From assembly GCA_031458695.1 (NCBI GenBank), contig JAVKJW010000001.1, forward strand, positions 192,001-256,000: a stretch of 64,000 bases of DNA, read 5' to 3'. Under the pieces are notes generated by a model that made no database searches, was not told where the DNA came from, and saw only the letters and a program-made list of their open reading frames with translations. A program made the position numbers and the translations under genes. Source of the DNA: Candidatus Thermofontivivens primus (GTDB taxonomy: Bacteria > Sysuimicrobiota > Sysuimicrobiia > Sysuimicrobiales > Thermofontiviventaceae). The number at the start of each line of letters is the position of its first letter. Position 1 is the first letter of the stretch. Shown here piece after piece: positions 51,148 to 61,447 of this stretch.

Positions 51148-52911
51148 ATGCCGTTCGCGGATCTCCAGGACTTCCTCCGGCACTTGGAGCGACTGGGGGA
51201 ACTGCGCCGGGTGAAAGTAGAGGTAGATCCGAGGCTAGAGATCACCGAGATCGTCACCCGCGTCGTCCGGGAGGAAGGTCCGGCTCTCCTGTTCGAACGC
51301 GTCAAGGGGTCCCCCTTTCCCTTGGCCATCAATATCCTGGGGAGTCGCAGGAGGATCGAAGAAGCCCTCGGCCGCCCGCCCGCCGAGGTTGGGGAGGAAC
51401 TGGCCCGTCTCCTGGAGCGCCTGAACCCTCCTTCCTTGCGATCCTTATGGGAGATGCGCGGGGTTATTGGGAAAGCCCTCCATTTGCGCCTGAGGAGGGT
51501 ACGCCGCGCGCTATGCCAGGAGGTCTCCGAGGAGCCGGATCTCGACAAGCTTCCCATCCTCATGTGCTGGCCAGAGGATGGAGGCCGCTTCATCACCGAG
51601 GGGATGGTGTTTACCCGGGATCCTCTCACCGGGAGGAGCAACTTGGGCATCTACCGGCTGCACGTATACGACAAGAGGCGGACAGGGATGCACTGGCAGG
51701 TCCAGAAGGGTGGGGGGTTTCACTACTACCAGGCAGAGAAGCGGGGCGATGCTCTTCCCGTAGCTGTCGTCCTCGGAGGAGATCCCGCCCTCCTCCTCTC
51801 CGCAGTCCTTCCCCTCCCAGAGGGGTTCGAGGAAGTTGTGTTCAGTGGCTGGCTCCGTGGTGCTCCCACGCCAATGGTCCAAGGGCTCACGATCAATTTA
51901 GACTACCCGGCGAACGCCGAAATGGTGTTGGAGGGGATCGTCCCTCCATTTGAACGCGAGATGGAAGGGCCGTTCGGCGACCACTTCGGCCACTACTCCC
52001 ACGCTGCGCCCTTCCCTGTTTTCCACCTTCAACGGGTTGTACGCCGCAGGTCACCTGTCTACCCTGCCGCCGTGGTGGGGAAGCCTCCCCAGGAGGACCG
52101 CTACCTGGGGGATGCGGTTCAAGAGATGCTCATCCCCCTCCTCAGGCTTCTTTCTCCGGAGCTGCGTGACTTGTGGGCGTACTACGAGGCTGGGTTCCAC
52201 AACCTCGCCGTGGCCGCCGTGGAGAGCCGCTATCCCAGGGAGGCGCTGAAAACCGCTCTGGGGCTCCTCGGCCAGGGCCAGATGTCCCTGACCAAGTGCA
52301 TTGTGCTCGTGGACCCAGAAGTGAACGTACGGGATTTCCGGGCAGTGCTCCGTGCGATCCGGGAGAACTTCGACCCTCCTGAGGATTTCATCCTCATCTC
52401 ACGGTCCACGCTCGATACCCTGGATTTTACCTCCTTCCGCATGCACTTGGGAAGCAAGCTGATCCTCGATGCCACGGGGAGGAACGGTCAGCGAAGACAC
52501 CATGTACCTCCCCGCATCCCTGACCTCCGGGATCTGGACCCTCGGATTCTCCGGTGGGCACTCTGGGAAGATACGCTCCTCGCCGTCCAAGTGCGCGCCG
52601 GCGGGAGAGAGATGATCGAGCGGTTGGTGAAGGCCGAGGGGCTTGAGGGCGTCCCGTGGATTGTCGTCGTCAGCCCCGATGTGGACGTCACGGACCAGGA
52701 GAGCCTGATCTGGGGGATCTTCACCAGGTTCGACCCCGCTAGGGACATCGTCTTTGAACATGTGGAGCTGAGGGGCGTATGGCCAGTCTGCCACGGGCGG
52801 ATGGGTATCGACGCCACCTGGAAGGAGGGCTATCCCAAACCTCTCGAGATGACACCGGAGATCCAGGAACGGGTGCGGCTCCGGTGGAAGGAGTACTTCC
52901 CAGAGGAGTAA
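51148..52911 (+). CDS. UbiD-family decarboxylase (menaquinone, MqnL-like)
   Basis: LEITEI, MHWQ, EGPFGDHFGHY, VGKPPQED, GIDAT.K. Confidence 0.93.
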   Translation: MPFADLQDFLRHLERLGELRRVKVEVDPRLEITEIVTRVVREEGPALLFERVKGSPFPLAINILGSRRRIEEALGRPPAEVGEELARLLERLNPPSLRSLWEMRGVIGKALHLRLRRVRRALCQEVSEEPDLDKLPILMCWPEDGGRFITEGMVFTRDPLTGRSNLGIYRLHVYDKRRTGMHWQVQKGGGFHYYQAEKRGDALPVAVVLGGDPALLLSAVLPLPEGFEEVVFSGWLRGAPTPMVQGLTINLDYPANAEMVLEGIVPPFEREMEGPFGDHFGHYSHAAPFPVFHLQRVVRRRSPVYPAAVVGKPPQEDRYLGDAVQEMLIPLLRLLSPELRDLWAYYEAGFHNLAVAAVESRYPREALKTALGLLGQGQMSLTKCIVLVDPEVNVRDFRAVLRAIRENFDPPEDFILISRSTLDTLDFTSFRMHLGSKLILDATGRNGQRRHHVPPRIPDLRDLDPRILRWALWEDTLLAVQVRAGGREMIERLVKAEGLEGVPWIVVVSPDVDVTDQESLIWGIFTRFDPARDIVFEHVELRGVWPVCHGRMGIDATWKEGYPKPLEMTPEIQERVRLRWKEYFPEE

Positions 52912-52917
52912 GGACCC

Positions 52918-53478
52918 ATGCGGATCGTTGTGGGGATCACCGGATCATCTGGCCCAATCTACGGGATCCGCACTCTCCAAGCGCTGCGGGAGGCGCAGGT
53001 GGAGACGCACCTCGTGATCACCGAGGGAGCGCGCCGGACCATCGTGTTAGAGACAGGGTGGCAAGTTGAAGAGGTGGAAGCCCTGGCCACAGCCGTCTAT
53101 GACAATGCGGATCTTGCTGCACCCATTAGCAGCGGATCCTTCCCGACAGATGGGATGATCGTGGTCCCCTGCTCCATGAAGACCCTCGCAGCCATCGCCT
53201 ACTCCATGAGCCAGGACCTTGTAGCCAGGGCTGCCGATGTAACGCTCAAGGAAGGACGCCGTCTCATCCTTGTCCCCAGGGAGACGCCTCTCCACCTGGG
53301 ACACCTGCGGAACATGGTGCGGGCAGCAGAGATCGGCGCGGTGATCCTCCCACCCATCCCCGCCTTTTACCATGGCCCGAGGACCGTAGAGGAGATCATC
53401 GACCAGACCGTCGGGAAGATCCTCGATCAGCTCTGCATCCCGCACACGCTCTACCGGCGCTGGGGTACGCTTCCTTGA
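52918..53478 (+). CDS. ubiX: Flavin prenyltransferase UbiX
   Basis: GITGSSG, SSGSF, PCSMKTL, RAADV.LKE, PRETP. Confidence 0.96.
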   Translation: MRIVVGITGSSGPIYGIRTLQALREAQVETHLVITEGARRTIVLETGWQVEEVEALATAVYDNADLAAPISSGSFPTDGMIVVPCSMKTLAAIAYSMSQDLVARAADVTLKEGRRLILVPRETPLHLGHLRNMVRAAEIGAVILPPIPAFYHGPRTVEEIIDQTVGKILDQLCIPHTLYRRWGTLP

Positions 53479-53504
53479 CATGAGTCAATCCCTAGTGCTA
53501 TCCT
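53475..53504 (+). promoter_or_regulatory. csp promoter
   Basis: TTGACA-18 bp-(TGn)TATCCT; TTGAC-ATGA-GTCAA palindrome on the -35. Confidence 0.7.
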
Positions 53505-53580
53505 TGGCTTGCATGTGGAGTTGGGGCACTTCCCAATGTCGGTTCGGGCAGTGCCCTAGAAATAGCTAGGAGGTAGGCAA

Positions 53581-53790
53581 ATGGCATATCGCGGTAGGGT
53601 AAAGTGGTTCAACCCCGAGAAGGGATACGGTTTCATTGCCCGGGAAGACGGAAGGGATGTGTTCGTTCACTACACGGCCATCCAGATGGAGGGGTTCAAG
53701 ACCCTCGAGGAGGGCCAGCTCGTTGAGTTTGACATCGTGGAGGGAGCGCGAGGACCGCAGGCCGCCAACGTCGTGAAGATCAAAGAATAG
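53581..53790 (+). CDS. Cold-shock domain protein
   Basis: [28 protein letters not shown]. Confidence 0.97.
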   Translation: MAYRGRVKWFNPEKGYGFIAREDGRDVFVHYTAIQMEGFKTLEEGQLVEFDIVEGARGPQAANVVKIKE

Positions 53791-53855
53791 GAGCCTTCTT
53801 GAAAGGTTTGCCGGCGAGAGTCAAAAGGATTTTGCCGGGGTCGTCAGGAGGCGAT

Positions 53856-53895
53856 AAAGCCCCAGCGAAGCAAAGGCAGCTGGGGCTTTTGATTT
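53856..53895 (+). terminator. Intrinsic terminator after csp
   Basis: AAAGCCCCAGC-N12-GCTGGGGCTTTT followed by GATTT. Confidence 0.7.
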
Positions 53896-53982
53896 GTCCC
53901 AAAGGTCCGATGGAAGAAGCAGGAACTTGCGTGTACAAAGGGAACATCTATAGCACATTCCCGGTCTGGGGGTTTTGGCGAG

Positions 53983-54564
53983 ATGAACGTGATCGTTGCC
54001 GGTAAGAATATCGAGGTCACCGATGCCTTGCGGCAGTATGCAGAACGGAAGCTCCAGAAGATCACCAAGTACTTTCACCAGATCCAGGAGGCCCATGTTG
54101 TCCTGAAGGTGGAGCGGCAACGGCCCCTCGGGCCCGCGGAGGTTGTGGAAGTCACCGTGCGAGGCGATGGCTTGATCCTCCGCGGGGAGGAGGCGACGAC
54201 GGACATGTACGCCTCCATCGACGGGGTGGTGGAGAAGCTGGAGAAGCAACTTGCCAAGTTCCGCAGCCGGATGATCGAGAAACGCCGCCTGGACGAGAGC
54301 CGCAGGCGGTCCAGGGCGAGGGATCGTTCCAGGAGCGCAGGCCTCAAGGAGGTCCCCGCCATTGCCGGGGCGGAGACCATTCCCCAGGACGTGGTTCGGA
54401 TCAAGCGCTTTGCTCTCAAACCCATGGACGTTGAGGAAGCCATCATGCAGATGGAGCTCCTCAGCCACGACTTCTTCGTCTTCCGCAACGCCCGCACCAG
54501 GGAGGTGAACGTCGTCTATAAGCGGCGGGATGGAAAGTACGGGCTCATCGAGCCGGAAGGGTAG
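53983..54564 (+). CDS. hpf: Ribosome hibernation promoting factor (long HPF)
   Basis: GKNIEVTDALRQY, DMYASID, KPMDVEEAIMQMELL.HDFFVF, YKRRDG.YGLIE. Confidence 0.96.
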   Translation: MNVIVAGKNIEVTDALRQYAERKLQKITKYFHQIQEAHVVLKVERQRPLGPAEVVEVTVRGDGLILRGEEATTDMYASIDGVVEKLEKQLAKFRSRMIEKRRLDESRRRSRARDRSRSAGLKEVPAIAGAETIPQDVVRIKRFALKPMDVEEAIMQMELLSHDFFVFRNARTREVNVVYKRRDGKYGLIEPEG

Positions 54565-54573
54565 GGGGGACCC

Positions 54574-55230
54574 TTGAAGGAGCAGGAAGGGAAAACCATC
54601 GCCCAGCAGGCCGAGGAGATCATCCGGAGGCTGAAGGGAGTGGAGGCCGTCCGGGTGGAGGCTGGGGAGGAAGGCGGGATCCACCTCATCCACGTGTTGG
54701 GGCGTCCGGAAAGGAGCCCGAAGATGATTGCCCTCGATGTCGTTTCCGCCCTAGCCGCAGAGCTTGGGGTCACGCTGGAACCAAGGCAGATCCGGATCGC
54801 GCTCCTCCGGCAGGAAGAGCAGCAGGTCCTCCCCCCAGGACGCGCTCGTCTCAAGTTCGTCGGCCTCACCGTCTCCACCATCCGCAACACCCTCGAGGTG
54901 AAGGTGCACCTCGAGGACCGGGGGCTCTTGTACGAAGGGGTTGCCTCCGGGCCGAACTCTTCCCGCCATCGCTTGGAGCTCGCCGCCCAGGCCACACTGC
55001 GAGCGGTGGAGACCTTCCTGCGCGCAGAAGGGTTGTTCCTCCTTGAAGAGGTCGCCATCGTCCCCTTGGCGAGGAGGGAGGTGGCTTTAGCCCTGGTGAC
55101 CCTCCTGTCTCCTGAGGAGGAACACCTCAGCGGTTCCGCCATTGTCCGGGAGGACCCAAGGGAGGCAGTCGTCCGGGCGGTCCTCGCTGCCATCAACCGG
55201 CCTTTGTCCTGGTTGGCTGCGCAGGGATAA
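54574..55230 (+). CDS. Conserved hypothetical protein
   Basis: Coding-like 218-aa ORF in the hpf-secA gap; 'RSPKMIALDVVSAL', 'AVLAAINR'. Confidence 0.75.
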   Translation: MKEQEGKTIAQQAEEIIRRLKGVEAVRVEAGEEGGIHLIHVLGRPERSPKMIALDVVSALAAELGVTLEPRQIRIALLRQEEQQVLPPGRARLKFVGLTVSTIRNTLEVKVHLEDRGLLYEGVASGPNSSRHRLELAAQATLRAVETFLRAEGLFLLEEVAIVPLARREVALALVTLLSPEEEHLSGSAIVREDPREAVVRAVLAAINRPLSWLAAQG

Positions 55231-55345
55231 TCATCAGATCCATCGCTTCACCCACATTGTGTACTCCCTCCTCGGAGCAGGAGTAAGCGGTTCCTGGGGA
55301 GTGGTATAATAGCGGTGTACCAATGCGGAAGAGGGAGGGCTCATC

Positions 55346-57970
55346 CTGAAGGTCCTGCAAAGGTTCCTCGGAGATTCCAATGAGCGGGCAATCCGGCGTC
55401 TTCTCCCCTTTGTGGAGCGGATTAACTCCCTGGAAGGGGAGATGGAGCGTCTTTCCGATGATGCGCTTCGGGCGAAGACGGCGGAGTTCAAGGCGCGGCT
55501 GCAAGCGGGCGAGACCCTTGACGATCTCCTCCCGGAGGCGTTTGCCGTCGTCCGCGAGGCCAGCAAGCGGACCATTGGCCTGCGCCACTTCGACGTTCAG
55601 TTGATGGGTGGGATCGTCCTCCACCAGGGGAAGGTCGCGGAGATGAAGACCGGCGAGGGGAAGACCCTCGTCGCTACCCTGCCCCTCTATCTCAATGCCC
55701 TCACTGGTCGGGGGGTTCACTTGGTGACCGTCAACGACTACCTGGCGATGCGGGATGCCGGGTGGATGGGGCCGATCTACCACTTCTTGGGACTCTCCGT
55801 GGCCGTGATTGTCCACGAGTTCTCGGGGCTGTATGACCCGGCTTACCAGGATCCCAAACCTCACGCCGATGACCGACTCAACCACTTCCGCCCCATCTCC
55901 CGGAGGGAGGCGTACGAGGCCGATATTACCTACGGCACCAACAGCGAGTTCGGGTTCGACTACCTCCGCGACAACATGGCCCTTCGCCCATCGGACCTGG
56001 TGCAGCGCGAGCACTACTACGCTATCGTGGACGAGGTGGACTTCATCCTCATCGACGAAGCCCGCACACCCCTCATCATCTCCGGCCAGGTCGAGGAGTC
56101 TACGGATCTCTACTATACCTTCGCCAAGATCGCCAGGCGCCTCGTCCCAGGTGTGGACTACCATGTGGACGAGAAACTCAAGAACGCCGTGCCCACTGAG
56201 GAAGGCATCGCAAAGGTAGAGCGCATGCTCGGAGTGGATAACCTCTCCGACCCCCACAACATCAACCTGATGCACCACCTCATCCAAGCCCTGCGCGCAC
56301 AGGCTTGTTACAAGCGGGATGTCGATTATGTTGTGAAGGACGGCCAGGTAATCATTGTGGACGAGTTCACTGGCCGCCTCATGTTCGGCCGGCGCTACAG
56401 CGACGGGCTCCATCAGGCTATTGAAGCCAAGGAGGGCGTGCGGATCCAGCGCGAGTCCCAGACCCTGGCGACGATCACCATCCAGAACTACTTCCGCATG
56501 TATGAGAAGCTCGCTGGGATGACGGGCACGGCGAAGACTGAGGAGGAGGAGCTGCGTCAGATCTATGGGATGGAGGTCGTCGTCATCCCCACCCACAAGC
56601 CAATGATCCGGGTGGATTATCCCGATGTCGTCTACAAGACAGAACGGGCTAAGTTCCGCGCGGTGATCAAGGAAATCGAAGAGTGCTACAAGCTTGGCCG
56701 ACCCGTCCTCGTGGGTACCCGGTCCATTGAGAAGAACGAGATGCTCTCCAGGGCCCTTCGGGAACGAGGGATCCCCCACCAGGTCCTCAACGCCAAGTAT
56801 CACGAGAAGGAAGCGGAGATCATTGCCCAGGCCGGCCGGAAGGGAGCGGTGACCATTGCCACAAACATGGCCGGCCGCGGGGTCGACATCATCCTGGGCG
56901 GGAACCCCCCAGATCCCCAGGAGGCCGAGGAAGTCAGGAGGCTTGGCGGACTCCACGTCATCGGCACCGAGCGCCACGAAGCCAGACGCATTGACAACCA
57001 GCTCCGGGGGCGCGCTGGGCGCCAGGGGGATCCAGGTTCCTCGCGGTTCTATGTCTCTTTGGAGGACGAACTCATGCGCTTGTTTGGGGGAGAGCGCGTC
57101 GCCTCCTTGATGGATCGCTTGGGTATCGATGAGGACACTCCGATCGAATCCCCACTGGTGAGTCGGCAGATCGAGAACGCGCAGAAGAAAGTGGAAAATT
57201 ACCACTTCGACATCCGCAAGCACGTCCTCGAGTACGACGATGTGATGAACATCCAGCGCAAGGTCATCTACGGGGAGCGTCGGAAGGTCCTCCTGGGCGA
57301 GAATATCCGGGAGAACATCCTGGACATGGTGGAGCGGCTCCTGGGCAACTTAGTGGACGAGTTCTGTCCCCAAAACCTGCGTCCCCAGGAGTGGGATCTG
57401 GAAGGGCTTTGCAACGCTGCCGTCCAGCTCATCCCCCAGCTGGGCATGATCACTGCGGAGGAGCTGGAGGGCCGCACGCGGGAGGAGATCCGAGAAACCC
57501 TCATCCGCGCAGGGCTCCAGGCTTACGAACAGAAGGAGCAGCAGGTCGGCCCCGAGGCGATGCGGGAGATCGAGCGCCTCGTCCTCCTCCAAACCATCGA
57601 CCGGAAATGGATTGACCATCTCTCCGCCATGGAGAGCCTGCGCGAGGGAATTGGCCTGCGGGCCTACGGGCAAGTGAGCCCCCTCGTGGAGTACCAGAGG
57701 GAGGCATACGAACTCTTCCAGGAGATGCTCCGGAGCATTCAGGAGGAGACGGTGAGAGTCCTGTACAGGGTCCTCCCCGCTCCGGTCCAGGAGAGGGAAC
57801 CAGCGCTTGCGCTGCGTCCTGCTGCGCGCGCGACGGGGACCAACCGCGACAGTGCGGGACCGGTGCGGGGCGCTCCGACGAGCGCGAAACGCAAGATCGG
57901 CCGCAACGACCCATGCTGGTGCGGAAGCGGGAAGAAGTATAAAAAGTGTCACGGGCGCCTAGAGCAGTAA
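55346..57970 (+). CDS. secA: Preprotein translocase SecA (probable non-canonical CTG start)
   Basis: [40 protein letters not shown]-terminal [18 protein letters not shown]. Confidence 0.98.
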   Translation: MKVLQRFLGDSNERAIRRLLPFVERINSLEGEMERLSDDALRAKTAEFKARLQAGETLDDLLPEAFAVVREASKRTIGLRHFDVQLMGGIVLHQGKVAEMKTGEGKTLVATLPLYLNALTGRGVHLVTVNDYLAMRDAGWMGPIYHFLGLSVAVIVHEFSGLYDPAYQDPKPHADDRLNHFRPISRREAYEADITYGTNSEFGFDYLRDNMALRPSDLVQREHYYAIVDEVDFILIDEARTPLIISGQVEESTDLYYTFAKIARRLVPGVDYHVDEKLKNAVPTEEGIAKVERMLGVDNLSDPHNINLMHHLIQALRAQACYKRDVDYVVKDGQVIIVDEFTGRLMFGRRYSDGLHQAIEAKEGVRIQRESQTLATITIQNYFRMYEKLAGMTGTAKTEEEELRQIYGMEVVVIPTHKPMIRVDYPDVVYKTERAKFRAVIKEIEECYKLGRPVLVGTRSIEKNEMLSRALRERGIPHQVLNAKYHEKEAEIIAQAGRKGAVTIATNMAGRGVDIILGGNPPDPQEAEEVRRLGGLHVIGTERHEARRIDNQLRGRAGRQGDPGSSRFYVSLEDELMRLFGGERVASLMDRLGIDEDTPIESPLVSRQIENAQKKVENYHFDIRKHVLEYDDVMNIQRKVIYGERRKVLLGENIRENILDMVERLLGNLVDEFCPQNLRPQEWDLEGLCNAAVQLIPQLGMITAEELEGRTREEIRETLIRAGLQAYEQKEQQVGPEAMREIERLVLLQTIDRKWIDHLSAMESLREGIGLRAYGQVSPLVEYQREAYELFQEMLRSIQEETVRVLYRVLPAPVQEREPALALRPAARATGTNRDSAGPVRGAPTSAKRKIGRNDPCWCGSGKKYKKCHGRLEQ

Positions 57971-58110
57971 GCCGAGCTAAGCCCCCCGCACAGAAGGTAG
58001 AAGCTTTTCGCTGGCGTCTCCTCGCAAAACCCCGTATTGATCCTGAGCCACTAGGATGCCCCCGGCATCAGGCAAAGGCCTCTGCCGGGTACTTTGGGTG
58101 AGGGGGAGAG

Positions 58111-60213
58111 ATGGTCCTTCGCTACCGGCCAAGGCTCATCCAGGCGAAAGCCGCCCCGCCCCTGACCGTTGTCTCCATTGTTTGCGCGGTCTCTTCTGGT
58201 TCCCTGTACTTCCTGGCCTTCCCACCCTTCCATCTCTATCCCCTGGCCTGGGTGGCCCTTGTACCCTTGCTCTGGGCACTCCACGAGCGACGGCCGCGAC
58301 AAGCCTTCCTCCTCGGGTACCTGGCAGGTGCCCTTGCCTTCGCCGAGCTCTTCCTGTGGATGTTGCGCTTTGGAATTGTCCCGTGGATCGCCCTGTGGGG
58401 GAGCCTCGCGGTCTTCTTCGGGATCTTCTCCGCCCTGTTCACCTGGCTCGGGCATCGCCGCTCTACTTTTTGGAGGCTCTGGCTGATCCCCATCCTCTGG
58501 ACCGCGGTGGAGTACCTCAGGTCCATCGGACCTCTGGGGTTCCCATGGGGGCTCCTGGGGCTCTCCCAAACCTCCTTCCCTCCTGCCCTCCAGGTCGCTT
58601 CTTTTGCCGGTGTCTACGGGGTCTCCTTCCTCATCGCCCTCATCAACAGCGTGGTGTTTTTCCTCTGTGCCTTCCTGTGGGAGGGCGGGCCCCTTCGTCA
58701 GGTGGCGAGCCTTGTCCCTCCTGTGGCGGTGATCTTCCTCGCTCTTTCCTTCGGGTTTGTGACGCTGGAGAGGAATCCGACCCAATCTTTGCCTTCGATG
58801 GTTCCTGTGGCTGCCCTGCAGCCCAACGTTCCTCCGTTACGGAAGGGGGATATCCAGTTCGTCCCGGAGGCAATGGGGCTCCTCGACCAATTGACCAGGG
58901 AGGCAGCGAGGCGAGGAGCCTCCCTCATTGTCTTTCCAGAGTCTGCCGTCCCAGGAGACCTGTTCGGAGCGCAGGGCAAACTCTCTGCAGTGCAGTCCTG
59001 GGCCCGTGGTGTGCGCACGACGATCCTGGCAAGTAGCTATGAGGGAGGGTCCTCCAACCTTGCCGTAGCCATTGGCCCTGATGGGAAGGTGCTGGGGCAG
59101 TACAGTAAGATGCGCCTTGTGGTCTTTGCCGAGGCCCAGACGAGACCAGGACGCGAGCAAGTCGTCCTTGCCACCCCTGCGGGGAATCTCGGGGTGTTGA
59201 TCTGCTTTGAATCGATTTTCCCCGAGATGGCCCGAGCTCTTGTCCGGAAAGGAGCGGATTTCCTCGTCGTGATCACCAACGATGGCTGGTTCGGGGAGTC
59301 GGCAGGCCCCGCCCAGCATGCCCAGGCTGCGATCCTCCGCGCGGTGGAGACAGGACGGGGGGTGATCCGTGCAGCCAATACGGGGATCTCCATGCTCGTG
59401 GATCCCTATGGCCGAGTCCTTGCCTACAAGCCCCTCAACACCGCAGGAGCTCTCACTGGATCCCTTCCCCGGCGGGAGGTCTTGACTCCCTATGCGCGCT
59501 GGGGTGACCTCTTCTCCCTCTTCCTCCTCGCTCTCGTGGGGGTCGTAGCTCTCCCTCAGATCGCGAGGTTCCTGGGAGAGGCAGCAGGAGAAGAAGGCTT
59601 CTGGGTTGCCTTCAAAGCCCTCCTCCTCCCAGGGACGATCTACCTGGTGCTCCGGGAACTCTCACCTTCCCTTGGAATCGCGGGAAGCTGGGCGTGGCCG
59701 TTTTTCGTCCTCGCAGGAACCCGCTTGGCTTCGTCTTCCAAAACGGCATCCATGAGGATCCCCAGGAGGGACCTGTGGAGGAGGGGCATAGGAGGCTGGA
59801 GGGGGCTCGGTGTGAGCTTACTTCTCGGGCTTGCCATCGTCCTAGGGCTCGCCTATGTCCTCTACACGGGCTATGCAGCGTGGCTTGTGCCCATCACCCC
59901 CATCCCCCCTCCCGACGGGTGGCTTGTGGGTGGGGTTCGCTTCCTCCTTGCCGGGATCGCCCTAGAGACGTGGCTGCGCGGGGTCGCCTTTGAAGCCATC
60001 GCCCTCTGGCAGACACGTCGGGTTGCCTGGGTTCTCACCACCCTCGTGGGCATGCTGATCCAGGCAGGGTTGCCTGCGGAGGCCTGGGTCTGGGCCATTC
60101 TCACGGGGGCCTCCTTTGGATTTCTCCGGCTCCTCACCGGGAACGCCCTGGGCCTCGGAATCGCCCGGGGGGTGGGGGATCTCCTCTTGTGGTTTTTGCT
60201 TTCGCCCCGTTGA
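58111..60213 (+). CDS. lnt: Apolipoprotein N-acyltransferase with C-terminal membrane extension
   Basis: GFPWGLLG, VFPES (E), YSKMRLV (K), ICFES (C), TNDGWF, RAANTGIS. Confidence 0.9.
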   Translation: MVLRYRPRLIQAKAAPPLTVVSIVCAVSSGSLYFLAFPPFHLYPLAWVALVPLLWALHERRPRQAFLLGYLAGALAFAELFLWMLRFGIVPWIALWGSLAVFFGIFSALFTWLGHRRSTFWRLWLIPILWTAVEYLRSIGPLGFPWGLLGLSQTSFPPALQVASFAGVYGVSFLIALINSVVFFLCAFLWEGGPLRQVASLVPPVAVIFLALSFGFVTLERNPTQSLPSMVPVAALQPNVPPLRKGDIQFVPEAMGLLDQLTREAARRGASLIVFPESAVPGDLFGAQGKLSAVQSWARGVRTTILASSYEGGSSNLAVAIGPDGKVLGQYSKMRLVVFAEAQTRPGREQVVLATPAGNLGVLICFESIFPEMARALVRKGADFLVVITNDGWFGESAGPAQHAQAAILRAVETGRGVIRAANTGISMLVDPYGRVLAYKPLNTAGALTGSLPRREVLTPYARWGDLFSLFLLALVGVVALPQIARFLGEAAGEEGFWVAFKALLLPGTIYLVLRELSPSLGIAGSWAWPFFVLAGTRLASSSKTASMRIPRRDLWRRGIGGWRGLGVSLLLGLAIVLGLAYVLYTGYAAWLVPITPIPPPDGWLVGGVRFLLAGIALETWLRGVAFEAIALWQTRRVAWVLTTLVGMLIQAGLPAEAWVWAILTGASFGFLRLLTGNALGLGIARGVGDLLLWFLLSPR

Positions 60214-60224
60214 TCTGATATAAT
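60196..60224 (+). promoter_or_regulatory. prfB promoter
   Basis: TTGCTT-17 bp-(TGn)TATAAT. Confidence 0.65.
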
Positions 60225-60275
60225 GACGGCCGGTGGCCGGACCTTTTCCTTTGTGCCCGGCAGGGAAGCGTGGTG

Positions 60276-61404
60276 ATGAGGATGACCCTGGAAGAGCTGC
60301 GCACACTCATTGAGGAAGACCGCAGGCTCCTCGAAGAAATTGGAGAGCATCTTTGACGTCCCCTCGCTCTTCTCCCGGCTGAAATCCCTGGAGGAGGAAA
60401 TGCAGAAGCCTGATCTCTGGGCTGATCCTGAGGTCGCCCGGAGGGTGAGCCAGGAGGTCAACAGGCTCCGCTCCCAATTGGAGGAATACGAGGGGCTACG
60501 CCGTAGCCTGCGCGATCTCACTGAGCTCGCGGGGATTGCCGACGATGATCCGGAGATCCTCCTGGAGCTTGCCCGTGAGGCCCGGTCCGTCCATTCCAGG
60601 CTTGAGCAGATGCAACTCTCGCTCCTGTTAAGCGAGGAGCACGACAGGTCTAACGCCATCCTCTCGATCCATGCCGGTGCTGGGGGGACGGAATCCCAGG
60701 ACTGGGTGGAGATGCTCCTCCGCATGTACCTCCGCTGGGCAGAAGGGAAAGGCTATCGCACGGAGATTGTCGACCGTTCCCTGGGAGAAGAAGCAGGCCT
60801 GAAGAGCGTTACGGTCATCGTGAACGGTCCCTATGCGTATGGGTACCTGAAAGGGGAACGGGGGGTGCACCGTCTCGTCCGGCTCTCTCCTTTTGATGCC
60901 GCCCATCGCAGGCATACCTCCTTTGCCCTGGTCGATGTGGTGCCCGAGGTCGGGGAGGTAGAGGTCGAGCTCAGGGAGGAAGATCTCAAGGTTGAAACCT
61001 TCCGGGCAAGCGGGGCAGGGGGACAGAATGTGAATAAGGTGGAAACGGCCGTTCGCATCACCCACCTCCCCACAGGCATCGTCGTCCAGTGCCAGAATGA
61101 GCGCTCCCAGTATGCCAACAAGCTGACGGCTCTCCGCTTGCTGCGCGCGCGCCTTTATGAGCTTGAGCAGGAAAAGCAGCGGCAGCAGTTGGCTGCGCTC
61201 CGCGGGGAGTACCGCCAGGCTGCCTGGGGAAACCAGATCCGTTCTTATGTCCTCCATCCCTACCAGCTCGTGAAGGATCATCGCACTGGGGTGGAGACAG
61301 GGAACGCCCAGGCCGTCCTTGACGGGGAGATCGACCTGTTCATTGCCGCTTACCTCAAGGAACACGCCAGATCGAGAGCCTCCCAGGCTACGAGAGCTCC
61401 TTAA
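60276..61404 (+). CDS. prfB: Peptide chain release factor 2 (programmed +1 frameshift at CTT-TGA-C, 60351-60357)
   Basis: 26-codon first ORF ending CTT TGA; +1 frame has SPF and GGQ motifs. Confidence 0.98.
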
Positions 61405-61447
61405 ACGAGGAAGTTCTTCGAGAGGAGAGCGAGAAAGGAGGCTTCTT

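Noticed and set aside
55193..57223. 676-aa minus-strand ORF, and similar long antisense ORFs (3077-4327, 8074-9423, 33839-35338)
   Set aside because: Shadow frames of well-conserved genes in high-GC DNA; no recognisable motifs.
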